From assembly GCA_028689995.1 (NCBI GenBank), contig JAQVCB010000005.1, positions 1,367 through 65,366 of the forward strand: DNA of 64,000 nt, given 5' to 3'. Below are positions 1 through 9,461 of this stretch, one piece after another. Positions within the stretch are counted from its first letter, which is position 1, and the number at the start of each line of letters is the position of its first letter. Position numbers and translations under genes: made by a program. Origin of the DNA: Candidatus Gastranaerophilales bacterium. GTDB taxonomy: Bacteria > Cyanobacteriota > Vampirovibrionia > Gastranaerophilales > UBA9579. Under the pieces are notes generated by a model. That model did not search any database, was not told the DNA's origin, and saw only the letters and a list, made by a program, of their open reading frames with translations.

Positions 1-91
1 GTCTTGATACACCAATTGTTAACAGACTTGCTCAGGATTTAGAAAAAATTATTATTAAGATAATAATATATAAATAAATTTAACTGGAAAT

Positions 92-1609
92 TTGAGAATG
101 AAGGTAGTAAATTTAAAAAGCTTGCTTGAAATATATGATAAAAATGGAAGTACTAATATTCCGCCTGAATATATGAATTATTTAGGTGGCAAAGACTATG
201 AATTAAAAATAAAAAACAAAGAATTAAATCCCTTAAAAAGTTTGATTACAACTTTAGAAAATATAGATTCTAGTCTAACTTTAAAAGATCTTAATAGCTT
301 TTACATAGGTTATAAAATACCGCAAATTGGGAAGGAATTTGATTTACTTAGAATAAGTGAATTCACTGTATTAAATATTGAATATAAAAGAGAAGCTGTA
401 AAAGACAAAATAAAACAACAAGCTTTAAGAAACAATTATTATTTAAAATTTTTAGACAAAGAAATAAAATTGTTTATTTATATCGAAAAAGAAAACGCAA
501 TTTACACCTTGAATGAAAGCCATGAATTAATCCAAGCAGATTATCAGGAACTCATTCAAATAATTAAGAATCAATGCAGTGATGATGAAAATTTTTATGA
601 AGCAAATTTAAATGAGCTATTTAATCCATGTAATTATTTAATATCGCCATTTAGAAAGACAGCAGAATTTATAAGGGGCGAATATTTTTTAACGCAAGAG
701 CAGGAAGAGATAGAAAAAAGTCTTCTGACCGAATCTAAAAATGGCGGTAAATACTTCTTTCTTACAGGTGAAGCAGGTAGTGGTAAAACATTATTAACAT
801 ATCATATTGCTAAAAAATATATGGAAGAAGGATATAAAGTTGGTCTTATTCATTGTGCTAAATTAAATGCTGGTCATAACGAACTAAAAGAAAAATTTGG
901 ATGGAATATTCAACCAATAAAGCATTGGGAAAGTTTATTTAATGATAAATGTCCTGCGATTTTAATAATTGATGAAATTCAGCGAATTAATGAAAAGCAG
1001 TTTTGGGAGATGATCCGAGATTATATTAAACCAAGTAAAACTGTTCTCATAATGTGTGGAGACGAAAAACAGACATTGAGCGGGGGTGAAGGTAAAATTA
1101 TTAATTCACTAACCTCAGAAAAAATAATAAAGTTTAAATTAAATAGTAAAATAAGAACCAATAAGGAATTATCTAGTTTTATAAAAATTATGCTAGATTT
1201 AGGTAAAAAACAAACCCTAAAAATATCCGATCAAAATATAGATATAGTTTATTTCGCCACAATAGATGATGCTAATAGATATATTTCTACAAGAAATGAT
1301 TACTCTTATATTTCATATACCCCAAGCATGTTCTATAAAAATCGATATGCCGATTCCGCCTGTTGGAATCCTAAAAAAATAGGAAACTCGCATGAAGTTA
1401 TTGGGCAAGAATTCGAAAATGTTATTGTAGTTTTAGGCGAACATTTTTATTATAATGGTAACAAATTAAAAGCTTATAAAATGGATGGAATTCCTTATGC
1501 AGCTTTCAACATGTTTTTTCAACAAATAACAAGAGCTATAAATAAATTAGAAATCGTAGTAGTCAATAATATAGATGTATTCAATAAATTGATAGAAATA
1601 TTTGAATAA
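92..1609 (+). CDS. P-loop NTPase of DUF2075 / Schlafen-like helicase type with N-terminal PD-(D/E)XK-like segment
   Basis: Walker A GEAGSGKT, Walker B ILIIDEIQ, and C-terminal GQEFENVIVV typical of DUF2075. N-terminal EFDLL...NIEYK resembles a D..ExK nuclease motif. Confidence 0.5.
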   Translation: MRMKVVNLKSLLEIYDKNGSTNIPPEYMNYLGGKDYELKIKNKELNPLKSLITTLENIDSSLTLKDLNSFYIGYKIPQIGKEFDLLRISEFTVLNIEYKREAVKDKIKQQALRNNYYLKFLDKEIKLFIYIEKENAIYTLNESHELIQADYQELIQIIKNQCSDDENFYEANLNELFNPCNYLISPFRKTAEFIRGEYFLTQEQEEIEKSLLTESKNGGKYFFLTGEAGSGKTLLTYHIAKKYMEEGYKVGLIHCAKLNAGHNELKEKFGWNIQPIKHWESLFNDKCPAILIIDEIQRINEKQFWEMIRDYIKPSKTVLIMCGDEKQTLSGGEGKIINSLTSEKIIKFKLNSKIRTNKELSSFIKIMLDLGKKQTLKISDQNIDIVYFATIDDANRYISTRNDYSYISYTPSMFYKNRYADSACWNPKKIGNSHEVIGQEFENVIVVLGEHFYYNGNKLKAYKMDGIPYAAFNMFFQQITRAINKLEIVVVNNIDVFNKLIEIFE

Positions 1610-1671
1610 TATGCTATTCATATAAATGCATACACGAAAATTCCTTCGTAATTTTCGCAGATCGCCGAAAT

Positions 1672-1941
1672 TTACCAGAAAAGTTTTTTCCAGAAATTTT
1701 TCGGATCTTTGGATGCAAAGTAAAAAACAGGAAAAATATGAATAATCAGCACTGTTAAAAAAGGTATTGCTAAAAGGCTATGCCATTTCCAAGCCTCTTT
1801 ATGACTCATAAGTCTGTCAAATCCGTACTCACGTGCAAGGGCATAACCACTTATAAAATATATGATTATCATCAACAGGAGTATCCATCCTGATATTTTC
1901 ATTGATCTATACAGAATTGCGTTTATATTTTTTATCTTCAA
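1672..1941 (-). CDS. small membrane protein, function unknown
   Basis: 89-aa ORF with two hydrophobic helices (GWILLLMIIIYFISGYAL; LLAIPFLTVLIIHIFPVFYF). Same strand as the neighbouring DUF305-like gene. Confidence 0.35.
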   Translation of the reverse strand: MKIKNINAILYRSMKISGWILLLMIIIYFISGYALAREYGFDRLMSHKEAWKWHSLLAIPFLTVLIIHIFPVFYFASKDPKNFWKKLFW

Positions 1942-1972
1942 ATCAAGAATCCTCAGACTTAATTACCTAAAT

Positions 1973-2296
1973 TTACTTATTGTACCATTGTTTCCGCCAA
2001 GTCTGCATCTGCTGGATATCAGCATTATTTTCGTTAATAATTTTTTGTGTCATATTTCTTATTTCAGATCGTTTGGACTTTTGCAATGCATCTTGAGCCA
2101 TCATAGTTCCATGTTGTTTATGTCTTATCATTATATCCATAAAACGAAGGTCATAATTAGCGTCAGCTGGTCCTAGCCTTTGCATCATTCTTGGAGGCTG
2201 ATTGCTTTGTCCTGCCCATGGAGGTCCGCCTTGCGCATTTACTTGACTTATAGAAAGTAAAAGTATGCTTAAAACCAATAATAATCTATTTCTCAT
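1973..2296 (-). CDS. secreted DUF305-like protein
   Basis: Signal peptide LLLVLSILLLSISQVNA. MIRHKQHGTMMAQ...IINENNADIQQMQTW matches the remembered DUF305 helical pattern. Confidence 0.5.
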   Translation of the reverse strand: MRNRLLLVLSILLLSISQVNAQGGPPWAGQSNQPPRMMQRLGPADANYDLRFMDIMIRHKQHGTMMAQDALQKSKRSEIRNMTQKIINENNADIQQMQTWRKQWYNK

Positions 2297-2570
2297 AATT
2301 ATACTCCATTATATTACCCAATAATTCTAAGCAAGTTAATATTAAAAAATTATTGAGTACATCAGTAAAGAGTATAATTTTAAGAAAAACACATAAGTTT
2401 AAAAAAGGAATCAAAAGTTCACAATTTAATTTCTATCCTAAACCGAGAAAAATTATCAGGAGGTTTGAGAAAAGTCTTCAAAATTCCAGTTTGAATTGAC
2501 AGAAATTCTCGTTTCACCTGTCATTAAATCTCATTTGAAGTGTCCGTTTACAGCCACTTTTTTGCCACTT

Positions 2571-2610
2571 TTTTAAAAAATGAGAGACTTCCATTTTCTG
2601 AAAGTCTCTC
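2571..2610 (-). terminator. rho-independent terminator-like hairpin (displaced copy of the tRNA-fMet terminator)
   Basis: Arms 2582-2592 and 2600-2610 pair over 11 bp (one G-U), followed on the minus strand by a U-run (plus-strand A-run 2575-2580). Confidence 0.5.
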
Positions 2611-2629
2611 TCTGATTGGTTGCGGGGAC
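2583..2629. repeat. att-type direct repeat 1 (terminator hairpin + last 13 nt of tRNA-fMet)
   Basis: 44/47 identical to 38121-38167. Similarity continues to 2575/38113. The 15-nt core ATTGGTTGCGGGGAC is shared with 15333-15347. Confidence 0.8.
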
Positions 2630-2879
2630 TATAAGAGTATATTCATGGAAAAATAAAACCCGCACTAATAGAGACTTTCGGGAGAAGCTTGAAAAGTTTT
2701 TAGAGCAAAATTTGACCTTTTCTGTCAGGTCAATGGAAAATTGTTTGGGTGATGACAGTCGAAAGCTAGCCTATTACTATATTTCAAAGCTATTAAAGAA
2801 GAAGATAATTAAGAAAACTAATCGGTATGAAAAGCAGGGCTATGCCCAAAAACCCTTGATGCTTTATGAAAGAATTTGA
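2616..2879 (+). CDS. hypothetical small basic protein; 5' end lies inside att repeat
   Basis: ORF opens immediately after a TGA and reads the att core as LVAGT. The only ATG is at the SMENCLG codon, so the true start is uncertain. Confidence 0.3.
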   Translation: MVAGTIRVYSWKNKTRTNRDFREKLEKFLEQNLTFSVRSMENCLGDDSRKLAYYYISKLLKKKIIKKTNRYEKQGYAQKPLMLYERI

Positions 2880-2906
2880 GTTCATTCATTAATAAGTTTA
2901 TAAAAT

Positions 2907-3227
2907 CTATAATATAACATTTTTAATCAGTTTATAAATAAGCTGTAATTGTTTTTCATCGGAGTCTTTCATTAAATTATCAACTTCCGTAATAACAGAA
3001 TCTTTATTTTGCAAGTGAGAGAAAATGAAAAACTCTTTTAATTCTACGTTTAGAGCTATTGAGATTTTTTCAAGAAGGTCAAAAGAAGGATAAGAACCGC
3101 CATTTTCTACTCTACATAAATGTTTTGAATCTGTATCAATTATTTCTGCAAGTTGAAACTGCGAAAGCTTTTTTGCTTTTCTTAATTCTTTTATTCTAAG
3201 TCCTAAAAGCTTTTTAGTAGATTCCAT
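2907..3227 (-). CDS. XRE-family HTH transcriptional regulator
   Basis: LGLRIKELRKAKKLSQFQLAEIIDTDSKHLCRVENG is a classic HTH_3 pattern. Divergent from the Type III mod gene. Confidence 0.75.
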   Translation of the reverse strand: MESTKKLLGLRIKELRKAKKLSQFQLAEIIDTDSKHLCRVENGGSYPSFDLLEKISIALNVELKEFFIFSHLQNKDSVITEVDNLMKDSDEKQLQLIYKLIKNVIL

Positions 3228-3352
3228 AAATCCTCCTTTGTAAACATACGAAAAGAAAATGATTTATGAAACCGTATCAAATGATACTTTTTTATGATAA
3301 ATTGCTGTTTAAAGATAATAATAAATATTTAGTACAGGTTTTTTAAAAAAAA

Positions 3353-5362
3353 GTGATTTCTGAGTGGAGTTTTGAATTTATGAAGGATATGAGAAATACC
3401 TACAAAGTATTAGAGCAAGAGCTTCAAAAAATTGATTTTTTCTTTGATGAAGAAGGCAATATTTTAAAACAAAATATTTTGAATTATGCACTTGATGAAA
3501 GTAAAGAATCTTCTAATCTTTCAACTTTGCTTGATGTGCTTTTAAAAAACGATTCTTTGAAAAAAGTTTATTTCAAAAAAATCGGTGATAATTTAGTTTT
3601 TTTAAGAGATAAATTCATAAAAACTATTGCACACAAAGAATTTTTGCCTTCTTCTTATACAAGTTACATGGATTATATCGGGCTTTCACATAACGGGGAA
3701 TTATTGAAAAAGTCAAAAGATGTTGTGCTTGATTTTCCTTACAAAGATTGTGTTTTAGAAGGCGGACAAACTAAAGAAGAACAAAAAATGAAAGAAGTGT
3801 TTTATAATGAAACATTTGCAAATGATGAAATAGACAGGCTTTTAAGTGCTAAAGCGTTTAAGAATATTATTAAGTATTCAAAAGAAGGTCAAGGCGAATT
3901 ATTCCCGATGAAGGAAGAAAAACCGTTGGAATTTGCCGAAAACGACAATCTTTTGATAAAAGGCAATAACTTGTTAGCCTTGCATAGCTTAGTTGAAAGA
4001 TATGAAGGACAAATAAAACTCATTTACATCGACCCTCCTTATAATACCGAAGAAGATAGTTTTCAATATAATGATAAATTTAATCATTCTTCTTGGCTTG
4101 TATTTATGAAAAACAGATTAGAAATTGCTCAAAAACTTTTACATGAAAATGGATTTATTTTTATTCAAATTAATGATAACGAATTTTCCTATTTAAAGAT
4201 TTTATGCGATGAAATTTTTGGCAGAGAAAATTTTGAAACAAGCATAACAGTTAAAATGAGTCATTTAAGTGGTACTAAAATGGCTCATAAAGACAAGAAA
4301 ATACCTAAAATTAAAGAACATATTTTAATGTATTCAAAAAATAAAAATAACATCAAATTAAATCCTGTATTTATTCCTGTAGCATGGAATGAAGCCTTTG
4401 ATAGATACAACTCTTTTATTTTAAAAAATAATTATAATGATAATGAATGTGAAAAATGGAATGTTATTACACTTAATCAGGCTTATGAAAAATATAATAT
4501 TGATAAAGAAAAACCTAAAGATGTATTAAAATTCAACTTAGAAAATGCCGATTTAATTTTTAGAACATCGATAAACAGAAGTGCAAATTATTCAAATTTA
4601 CCTTTTGACAAATTTTCTAAAATTGTAAAAGAAGATAAAATTAATTTTGCATACAAAGGTGAAGATGTAAATTTTGCAATTGAAAAAATACAAATAATAG
4701 AAGGAAAAAAAACGCCTGTATCAATAATAGGCGATATTTGGACAGATATTGGAATAAATAATTTATCTAATGAGGGTGGTGTTTCTCTTAGATTCGGGAA
4801 AAAACCTGAAAAATTGATTGAAAGAATAATAAAATTAACATCTTTTGAACAAAACGATATAGTTTTAGATTTTTTTGTAGGGAGTGGAACGACCGTTTCA
4901 GTTTCACATAAAATGAAAAGGCAATGGATAGGGATTGAACAATTACATTACGGAAATAATGACCCTTTACAACGTCTTTTTAATGTTTTAGAAGGCGAAC
5001 AAAGCGGGATTTCAAAATCTGTTAATTGGAACGGTGGCGGAAGCTTTATATATTGCGAGCTTGCGGAAGAAAACAGTAAGTATATGAAAATAATTGACGA
5101 TGCCAAAAACGATGAAATGCTTTTAGAGCTTAAACAAGAGATTTTAGACAATGCCGTTATCAGATACGAAGTTGAAGATGAAGCATTTATCAAAAACGGT
5201 GATGAATTTAATAATTTATCACTTGAGGATAAAAAACAGGTATTAAAAAAAATCTTGGACAAAAACCACTTATATATTAATTATTCTGAAATAGAAGACA
5301 GCAAATACACTTTCACACAAGAAGAAAAGGCTTTTAATAAGTCATTTTACGAGGGCAAATAA
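3353..5362 (+). CDS. mod: Type III restriction-modification methyltransferase (Mod)
   Basis: Motif IV IYIDPPYNT, then motif I DFFVGSGTT near the C-terminus (beta-class order). The stop overlaps the res start (TAATG). An alternative ATG start lies at 3380. Confidence 0.85.
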   Translation: MISEWSFEFMKDMRNTYKVLEQELQKIDFFFDEEGNILKQNILNYALDESKESSNLSTLLDVLLKNDSLKKVYFKKIGDNLVFLRDKFIKTIAHKEFLPSSYTSYMDYIGLSHNGELLKKSKDVVLDFPYKDCVLEGGQTKEEQKMKEVFYNETFANDEIDRLLSAKAFKNIIKYSKEGQGELFPMKEEKPLEFAENDNLLIKGNNLLALHSLVERYEGQIKLIYIDPPYNTEEDSFQYNDKFNHSSWLVFMKNRLEIAQKLLHENGFIFIQINDNEFSYLKILCDEIFGRENFETSITVKMSHLSGTKMAHKDKKIPKIKEHILMYSKNKNNIKLNPVFIPVAWNEAFDRYNSFILKNNYNDNECEKWNVITLNQAYEKYNIDKEKPKDVLKFNLENADLIFRTSINRSANYSNLPFDKFSKIVKEDKINFAYKGEDVNFAIEKIQIIEGKKTPVSIIGDIWTDIGINNLSNEGGVSLRFGKKPEKLIERIIKLTSFEQNDIVLDFFVGSGTTVSVSHKMKRQWIGIEQLHYGNNDPLQRLFNVLEGEQSGISKSVNWNGGGSFIYCELAEENSKYMKIIDDAKNDEMLLELKQEILDNAVIRYEVEDEAFIKNGDEFNNLSLEDKKQVLKKILDKNHLYINYSEIEDSKYTFTQEEKAFNKSFYEGK

Positions 5363-7986
5363 TGGCGTTTTTGTATGAAGAACTTGAAGCTAGAAGAACA
5401 GCTAAAGATATTGGAAAAATTAAAGCTGAAATTGTTGAAACACCTCAATTCAACACAAAAGGATTGAGCCAAAATTTTGAACTCAGACCTTATCAGATTG
5501 ATGCAATAGCCCGTTTGCAATATGTATTTAAAGAAAAAGATATTTATTTTGAAAACAAGCCTGTTCATTTGCTTTTTAATATGGCAACAGGTAGCGGAAA
5601 AACCTTGCTTATGGCTCAAAATATTCTTTATCTTTATGAAAAAGGATATAGAAATTTTATCTTTTTCGTTCATCAAAACGTAATTTTAAATAAAACAAGA
5701 GATAATTTTTTAAACGAAAATTCAAAAAAATATTTATTTAACAGACAATTAATTTTTAATTCTCAGCCTGTTAAAATCAGAGAAGTGAATAATTTTAACG
5801 AAGCAAGCAACAAAGACATAAATATTATGTTTACGACTATTCACGGGCTTCACAGTCAAATTAACGACCCTAGAGAAAATGCTGTTACGCTTGATTCTTT
5901 AATGGATGAAAAAATTGTTATGCTTGCCGATGAAGCACACCATTTAAACAGTGATACTTCAAATAACAGGCAACTAAAAACGGATGATGAAATTATAAGC
6001 TGGGAAAGTACCGTTAAAAAGGTTTTAATAGCTCATACTGAAAATGTCTTACTTGAATATACTGCAACTATTGCAATTGAAAATCAATATATAAAAGCAA
6101 AATACGAAGATAAAATTATTAAAAAATACGGCTTAAAAGAATTTAGAGAAGATAAATATTCAAAAGACATTTATTTAATTAAATCCGAACTTAATCGAGA
6201 TGAAAGAATTTTGCTTGCATTATTAATGAGCTATTACAGAGAAACAGTTGCTCAAGAAAACAAAGTACCATTAAAACCAGTTGTATTAATAAAATCAAAA
6301 ACTATTGCACAATCCGAAATTGACAAAACAGACTTTTTGACCTTTATAAAACAATTAGCAGTTGCAAATATTGAAACTATTGCAAGTCTTGAAGATGAAA
6401 GAGTTAAAAAAGCATTTGATTATTTTGAAAAATCGGGTATTTCTTTTGACGGCATAGTCAATGCTTTAAAAGTAAACTATATTGAAGAAAACATCAGAAT
6501 AGTTAATTCTAAAAGCAATGACAGCGATATAAACAAACAAAAACAACTTGATGAATTAAATAATCTTGAAAACAATAACGTAAGGCTTATTTTTACAGTA
6601 AATATGCTCAATGAGGGTTGGGATGTTCTTAATTTGTTTGATATTGTACGGCTTGATGAGTCTAATTCAAACAAGACAGTTACCAGCGATGTACAATTAA
6701 TCGGGCGTGGTTGCCGTTATTTTCCACATAAAACAGAGCCTTCTCAAGAAAAATATCAAAGAAAATTCGATAAAGATATAAACAATGATTTGAGAAGTTT
6801 GGAAGAATTTTATTATCACAGTAAAGAAAATAATACTTATATCAATTCATTAAAAGAAACATTGATAAAAGAAGGCTTGCAGGATAATGAAATTATCGAG
6901 AAAAAAGTTAAATTAAAAGATAATTTCAAAAACACTGATGTTTATAAAAATGCTTTATTGCTTGAAAATCAACAAATTAAAAAAGATTTAACAAAAATAA
7001 CATCTTTAAAAGATTATGGAGTCGATAGTTCTTTTGATGAAAAGATTAATACAAAAAAAATTAAATCAGAATTGGCTTTAAACATAGAAGAATCAATAGA
7101 AATTGAAGAAATAAATACTAAAAAAATGTTTATTGATAAAAAAATACTCCGAAAAGCAATAAATTTGAATAGTTTTTATTTTTTTAATAATTTGAAGTCC
7201 AAAATACCTTGCTATGAGAGCATTGAGGATTTTATTGAAGAATTTATGACAATTTCAATTAAACTTACAAACATACCCAAAACTTATGATTTAAAGACCT
7301 TACCAAAGAAAGAACAACTTGAAATATTAAATAGGGTCTTAGCAGAAGTTGAAAAAAAAATAAATAAAAATTCTTTTGAGTATGAAGGAAGCAAAGAATT
7401 TGAGGCAGTTGCTTTAAAAAGCAAGATTAAAAAAGTATTAACGGAAGAAGGTTACTATATACAAAAATACCAAAAAAGCTCTATTGTATCTGATACAAAC
7501 GGAGAAGGACATTCAATTTATGAAGCCGATAATTCATTATGTGTAAATCTGAAAAATAATGACTGGTATATATTTGATGACTTCTTTGGAAATAGTGAAG
7601 AAAAATCTTTAATTAGATTTATTAGTGATTCAATCGAAAAGTTAAAAGCAAAATACAATGAAGTTTATTTAATAAGAAATCAAAACTTATGTAAGGTTTA
7701 CAACTTTAAAAATGGTAAAGGTTTTGAACCTGATTTTCTTTTATTTATGCAAAATAAAGATGGCGGATTAAATTATCAAATATTTATTGAACCAAAAGGC
7801 GGACAATTAATTAAAATGGATGAATGGAAAGAAAAAGAATTTTTATTACCTGTTAATGAATTACCATTGATAAACGCAGAAAATAAGCAGTTTAAGTTAA
7901 TTGGATTGCCTTTTTATAATAAATTTGATTCAAATGAAGTTTTAAAAAACTTTGAAGATACTTTTAAAGAAAAAATTATGAATTAA
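5362..7986 (+). CDS. res: Type III restriction enzyme Res subunit (helicase-nuclease)
   Basis: Helicase motif I MATGSGKT, motif II ADEAHH, and C-terminal PD-(D/E)XK-like EPDFLLF...IFIEPKG. Translationally coupled to mod. Confidence 0.85.
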   Translation: MAFLYEELEARRTAKDIGKIKAEIVETPQFNTKGLSQNFELRPYQIDAIARLQYVFKEKDIYFENKPVHLLFNMATGSGKTLLMAQNILYLYEKGYRNFIFFVHQNVILNKTRDNFLNENSKKYLFNRQLIFNSQPVKIREVNNFNEASNKDINIMFTTIHGLHSQINDPRENAVTLDSLMDEKIVMLADEAHHLNSDTSNNRQLKTDDEIISWESTVKKVLIAHTENVLLEYTATIAIENQYIKAKYEDKIIKKYGLKEFREDKYSKDIYLIKSELNRDERILLALLMSYYRETVAQENKVPLKPVVLIKSKTIAQSEIDKTDFLTFIKQLAVANIETIASLEDERVKKAFDYFEKSGISFDGIVNALKVNYIEENIRIVNSKSNDSDINKQKQLDELNNLENNNVRLIFTVNMLNEGWDVLNLFDIVRLDESNSNKTVTSDVQLIGRGCRYFPHKTEPSQEKYQRKFDKDINNDLRSLEEFYYHSKENNTYINSLKETLIKEGLQDNEIIEKKVKLKDNFKNTDVYKNALLLENQQIKKDLTKITSLKDYGVDSSFDEKINTKKIKSELALNIEESIEIEEINTKKMFIDKKILRKAINLNSFYFFNNLKSKIPCYESIEDFIEEFMTISIKLTNIPKTYDLKTLPKKEQLEILNRVLAEVEKKINKNSFEYEGSKEFEAVALKSKIKKVLTEEGYYIQKYQKSSIVSDTNGEGHSIYEADNSLCVNLKNNDWYIFDDFFGNSEEKSLIRFISDSIEKLKAKYNEVYLIRNQNLCKVYNFKNGKGFEPDFLLFMQNKDGGLNYQIFIEPKGGQLIKMDEWKEKEFLLPVNELPLINAENKQFKLIGLPFYNKFDSNEVLKNFEDTFKEKIMN

Positions 7987-8163
7987 TAAAAAGATGGATA
8001 ATGTCCCAATCCAAAAATAATTTTGTGTAAATTAAGTTTAAATTTTATAATATAATGATTTTAATTACAGAATAAATAAGTTTTTAAATGCTTAAAACTC
8101 TATTCATAATAGCAGGAGCAAACGGAAGCGGATATAGTATAATAAGAAAAATAAAATTATAAG

Positions 8164-8574
8164 GTGGATAAGATGGATGATATAAGATGGAGACAGCGGT
8201 TTCAGAACTTTGATAAGGCTTATAATAATTTCAAGTTAACATTAAACGCTTTGAGAGCAAATCAAGATAACATAATCTACAAAATGGCGATAATACAAGC
8301 GTATGAGATGGTTTTTGAACTTTCTTGGAATACTATGAAAGATTTTCTTGATATTCAGGGAATTAAAACTAATTTCCCAAGAGAAGTGCTGAAAGAAGCA
8401 TTTGCTCGTGAAATTATAGAAGATGGGGACATTTGGATTAAAATGCTTGATGACAGGAATTTAACCGCTCATGCTTATGATGAAGAAAAGGCAAATATAG
8501 TTGTCAATGAAATAAAAGACAAATATTCTTTAGCAATAGAACAGGTTTATAACTATTTAAAAGGAAACCTGTAA
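8164..8574 (+). CDS. HEPN-domain protein (HI0074-type nucleotidyltransferase substrate-binding protein), putative toxin
   Basis: Rx4H motif RNLTAH. N-terminal IRWRQRFQNFDKA is typical of the HI0074 family. The MNT gene starts 1 nt after its stop. Confidence 0.8.
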   Translation: MDKMDDIRWRQRFQNFDKAYNNFKLTLNALRANQDNIIYKMAIIQAYEMVFELSWNTMKDFLDIQGIKTNFPREVLKEAFAREIIEDGDIWIKMLDDRNLTAHAYDEEKANIVVNEIKDKYSLAIEQVYNYLKGNL

Positions 8575-8883
8575 ATGGAATTTGGACTAACCGGTAAAAC
8601 CATTACTATACTGAAAAACTTTTTCTCAAAATTTAATGAAATTGAAGAAGTTAAAATTTATGGTTCAAGAGCCAAAGGGAATTACCGAAAAGGCTCTGAC
8701 ATCGATTTTGCTCTGTATGGAAACATAGATTTTCGTTTATTATCAAAAATTAATGGCGAAATTGACGAGCTGCCAACCCCTTACAAATACGATATAACCG
8801 ACTATAAAACAATTGAAAATCAAGATTTAAAAGAACATATTGACAGAGTCGGCAAAACCTTTTATGTCAGGGCAAAGCAATGA
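8575..8883 (+). CDS. minimal nucleotidyltransferase (MNT), putative antitoxin
   Basis: YGSRAKGNYRKGSDIDFAL matches the GSx(n)DxD nucleotidyltransferase signature. Confidence 0.85.
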   Translation: MEFGLTGKTITILKNFFSKFNEIEEVKIYGSRAKGNYRKGSDIDFALYGNIDFRLLSKINGEIDELPTPYKYDITDYKTIENQDLKEHIDRVGKTFYVRAKQ

Positions 8884-9048
8884 AAAACAAAACAAATCAA
8901 AAAATAGAAAAATATGAAGATTTACCTGATTGGGCTAAAAAAATGGTAGATGCCCAGTTAAAGTTTGATGCCTTGCCAGAAGAGGAAAAAGAAATAATAA
9001 AGAAAAAGTTTGAAAATCTAAGAGCAAAAATGGAAAGCTAAACCATTT

Positions 9049-9273
9049 ATGGACAGTGATATAAATAATCAAGAATATTTATTAGATGACAACATTTTAT
9101 ATTTCAATCCGTTGTCTTCCTGCATTATTTGTAGATTTGCAAATAAAGGAGAGAAAATAAAAAACTGCAAAGCTTTTCCTTTTGGCATTCCTGATGAAAT
9201 ATGGGAAGGCAAAAACGATCATAATAAGTCATATGATAATGATAATGGAATCCAATTTGAAGAAAGAAAGTGA
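9049..9273 (+). CDS. hypothetical protein
   Basis: 74-aa ORF with CIICRF...NCK cysteines. No family recognised. Confidence 0.3.
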   Translation: MDSDINNQEYLLDDNILYFNPLSSCIICRFANKGEKIKNCKAFPFGIPDEIWEGKNDHNKSYDNDNGIQFEERK

Positions 9274-9461
9274 TTTTAACCTTTTTATCAGTAATTAATA
9301 AAATAGGAATAAATTATGAAACTTACTGAAGAAGAACAAAAATGGTTCGAAAAAGAAAGTAAAAAACTTACTGAGGCTGAATTAAGATACATTAATTTAT
9401 CAAATGAAGAGAAAAAAGCCCATCGTGAAAAATGGGCTAATATGATGAATAAAATGGGTAA

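Noticed and set aside
3-77. Open frame at the left window edge (...LDTPIVNRLAQDLEKIIIKIIIYK*)
   Set aside because: It may be the 3' end of an upstream gene, but 25 codons are too few to support any call.
1862-2176. 104-aa plus-strand ORF
   Set aside because: It overlaps two better-supported minus-strand genes (membrane protein and DUF305-like) and has no motif or RBS.
4948-6674. Minus-strand ORFs 4948..5262, 5347..5676, 6477..6674
   Set aside because: They are antisense to the Type III mod/res genes, with S/L/F-rich low-complexity translations.
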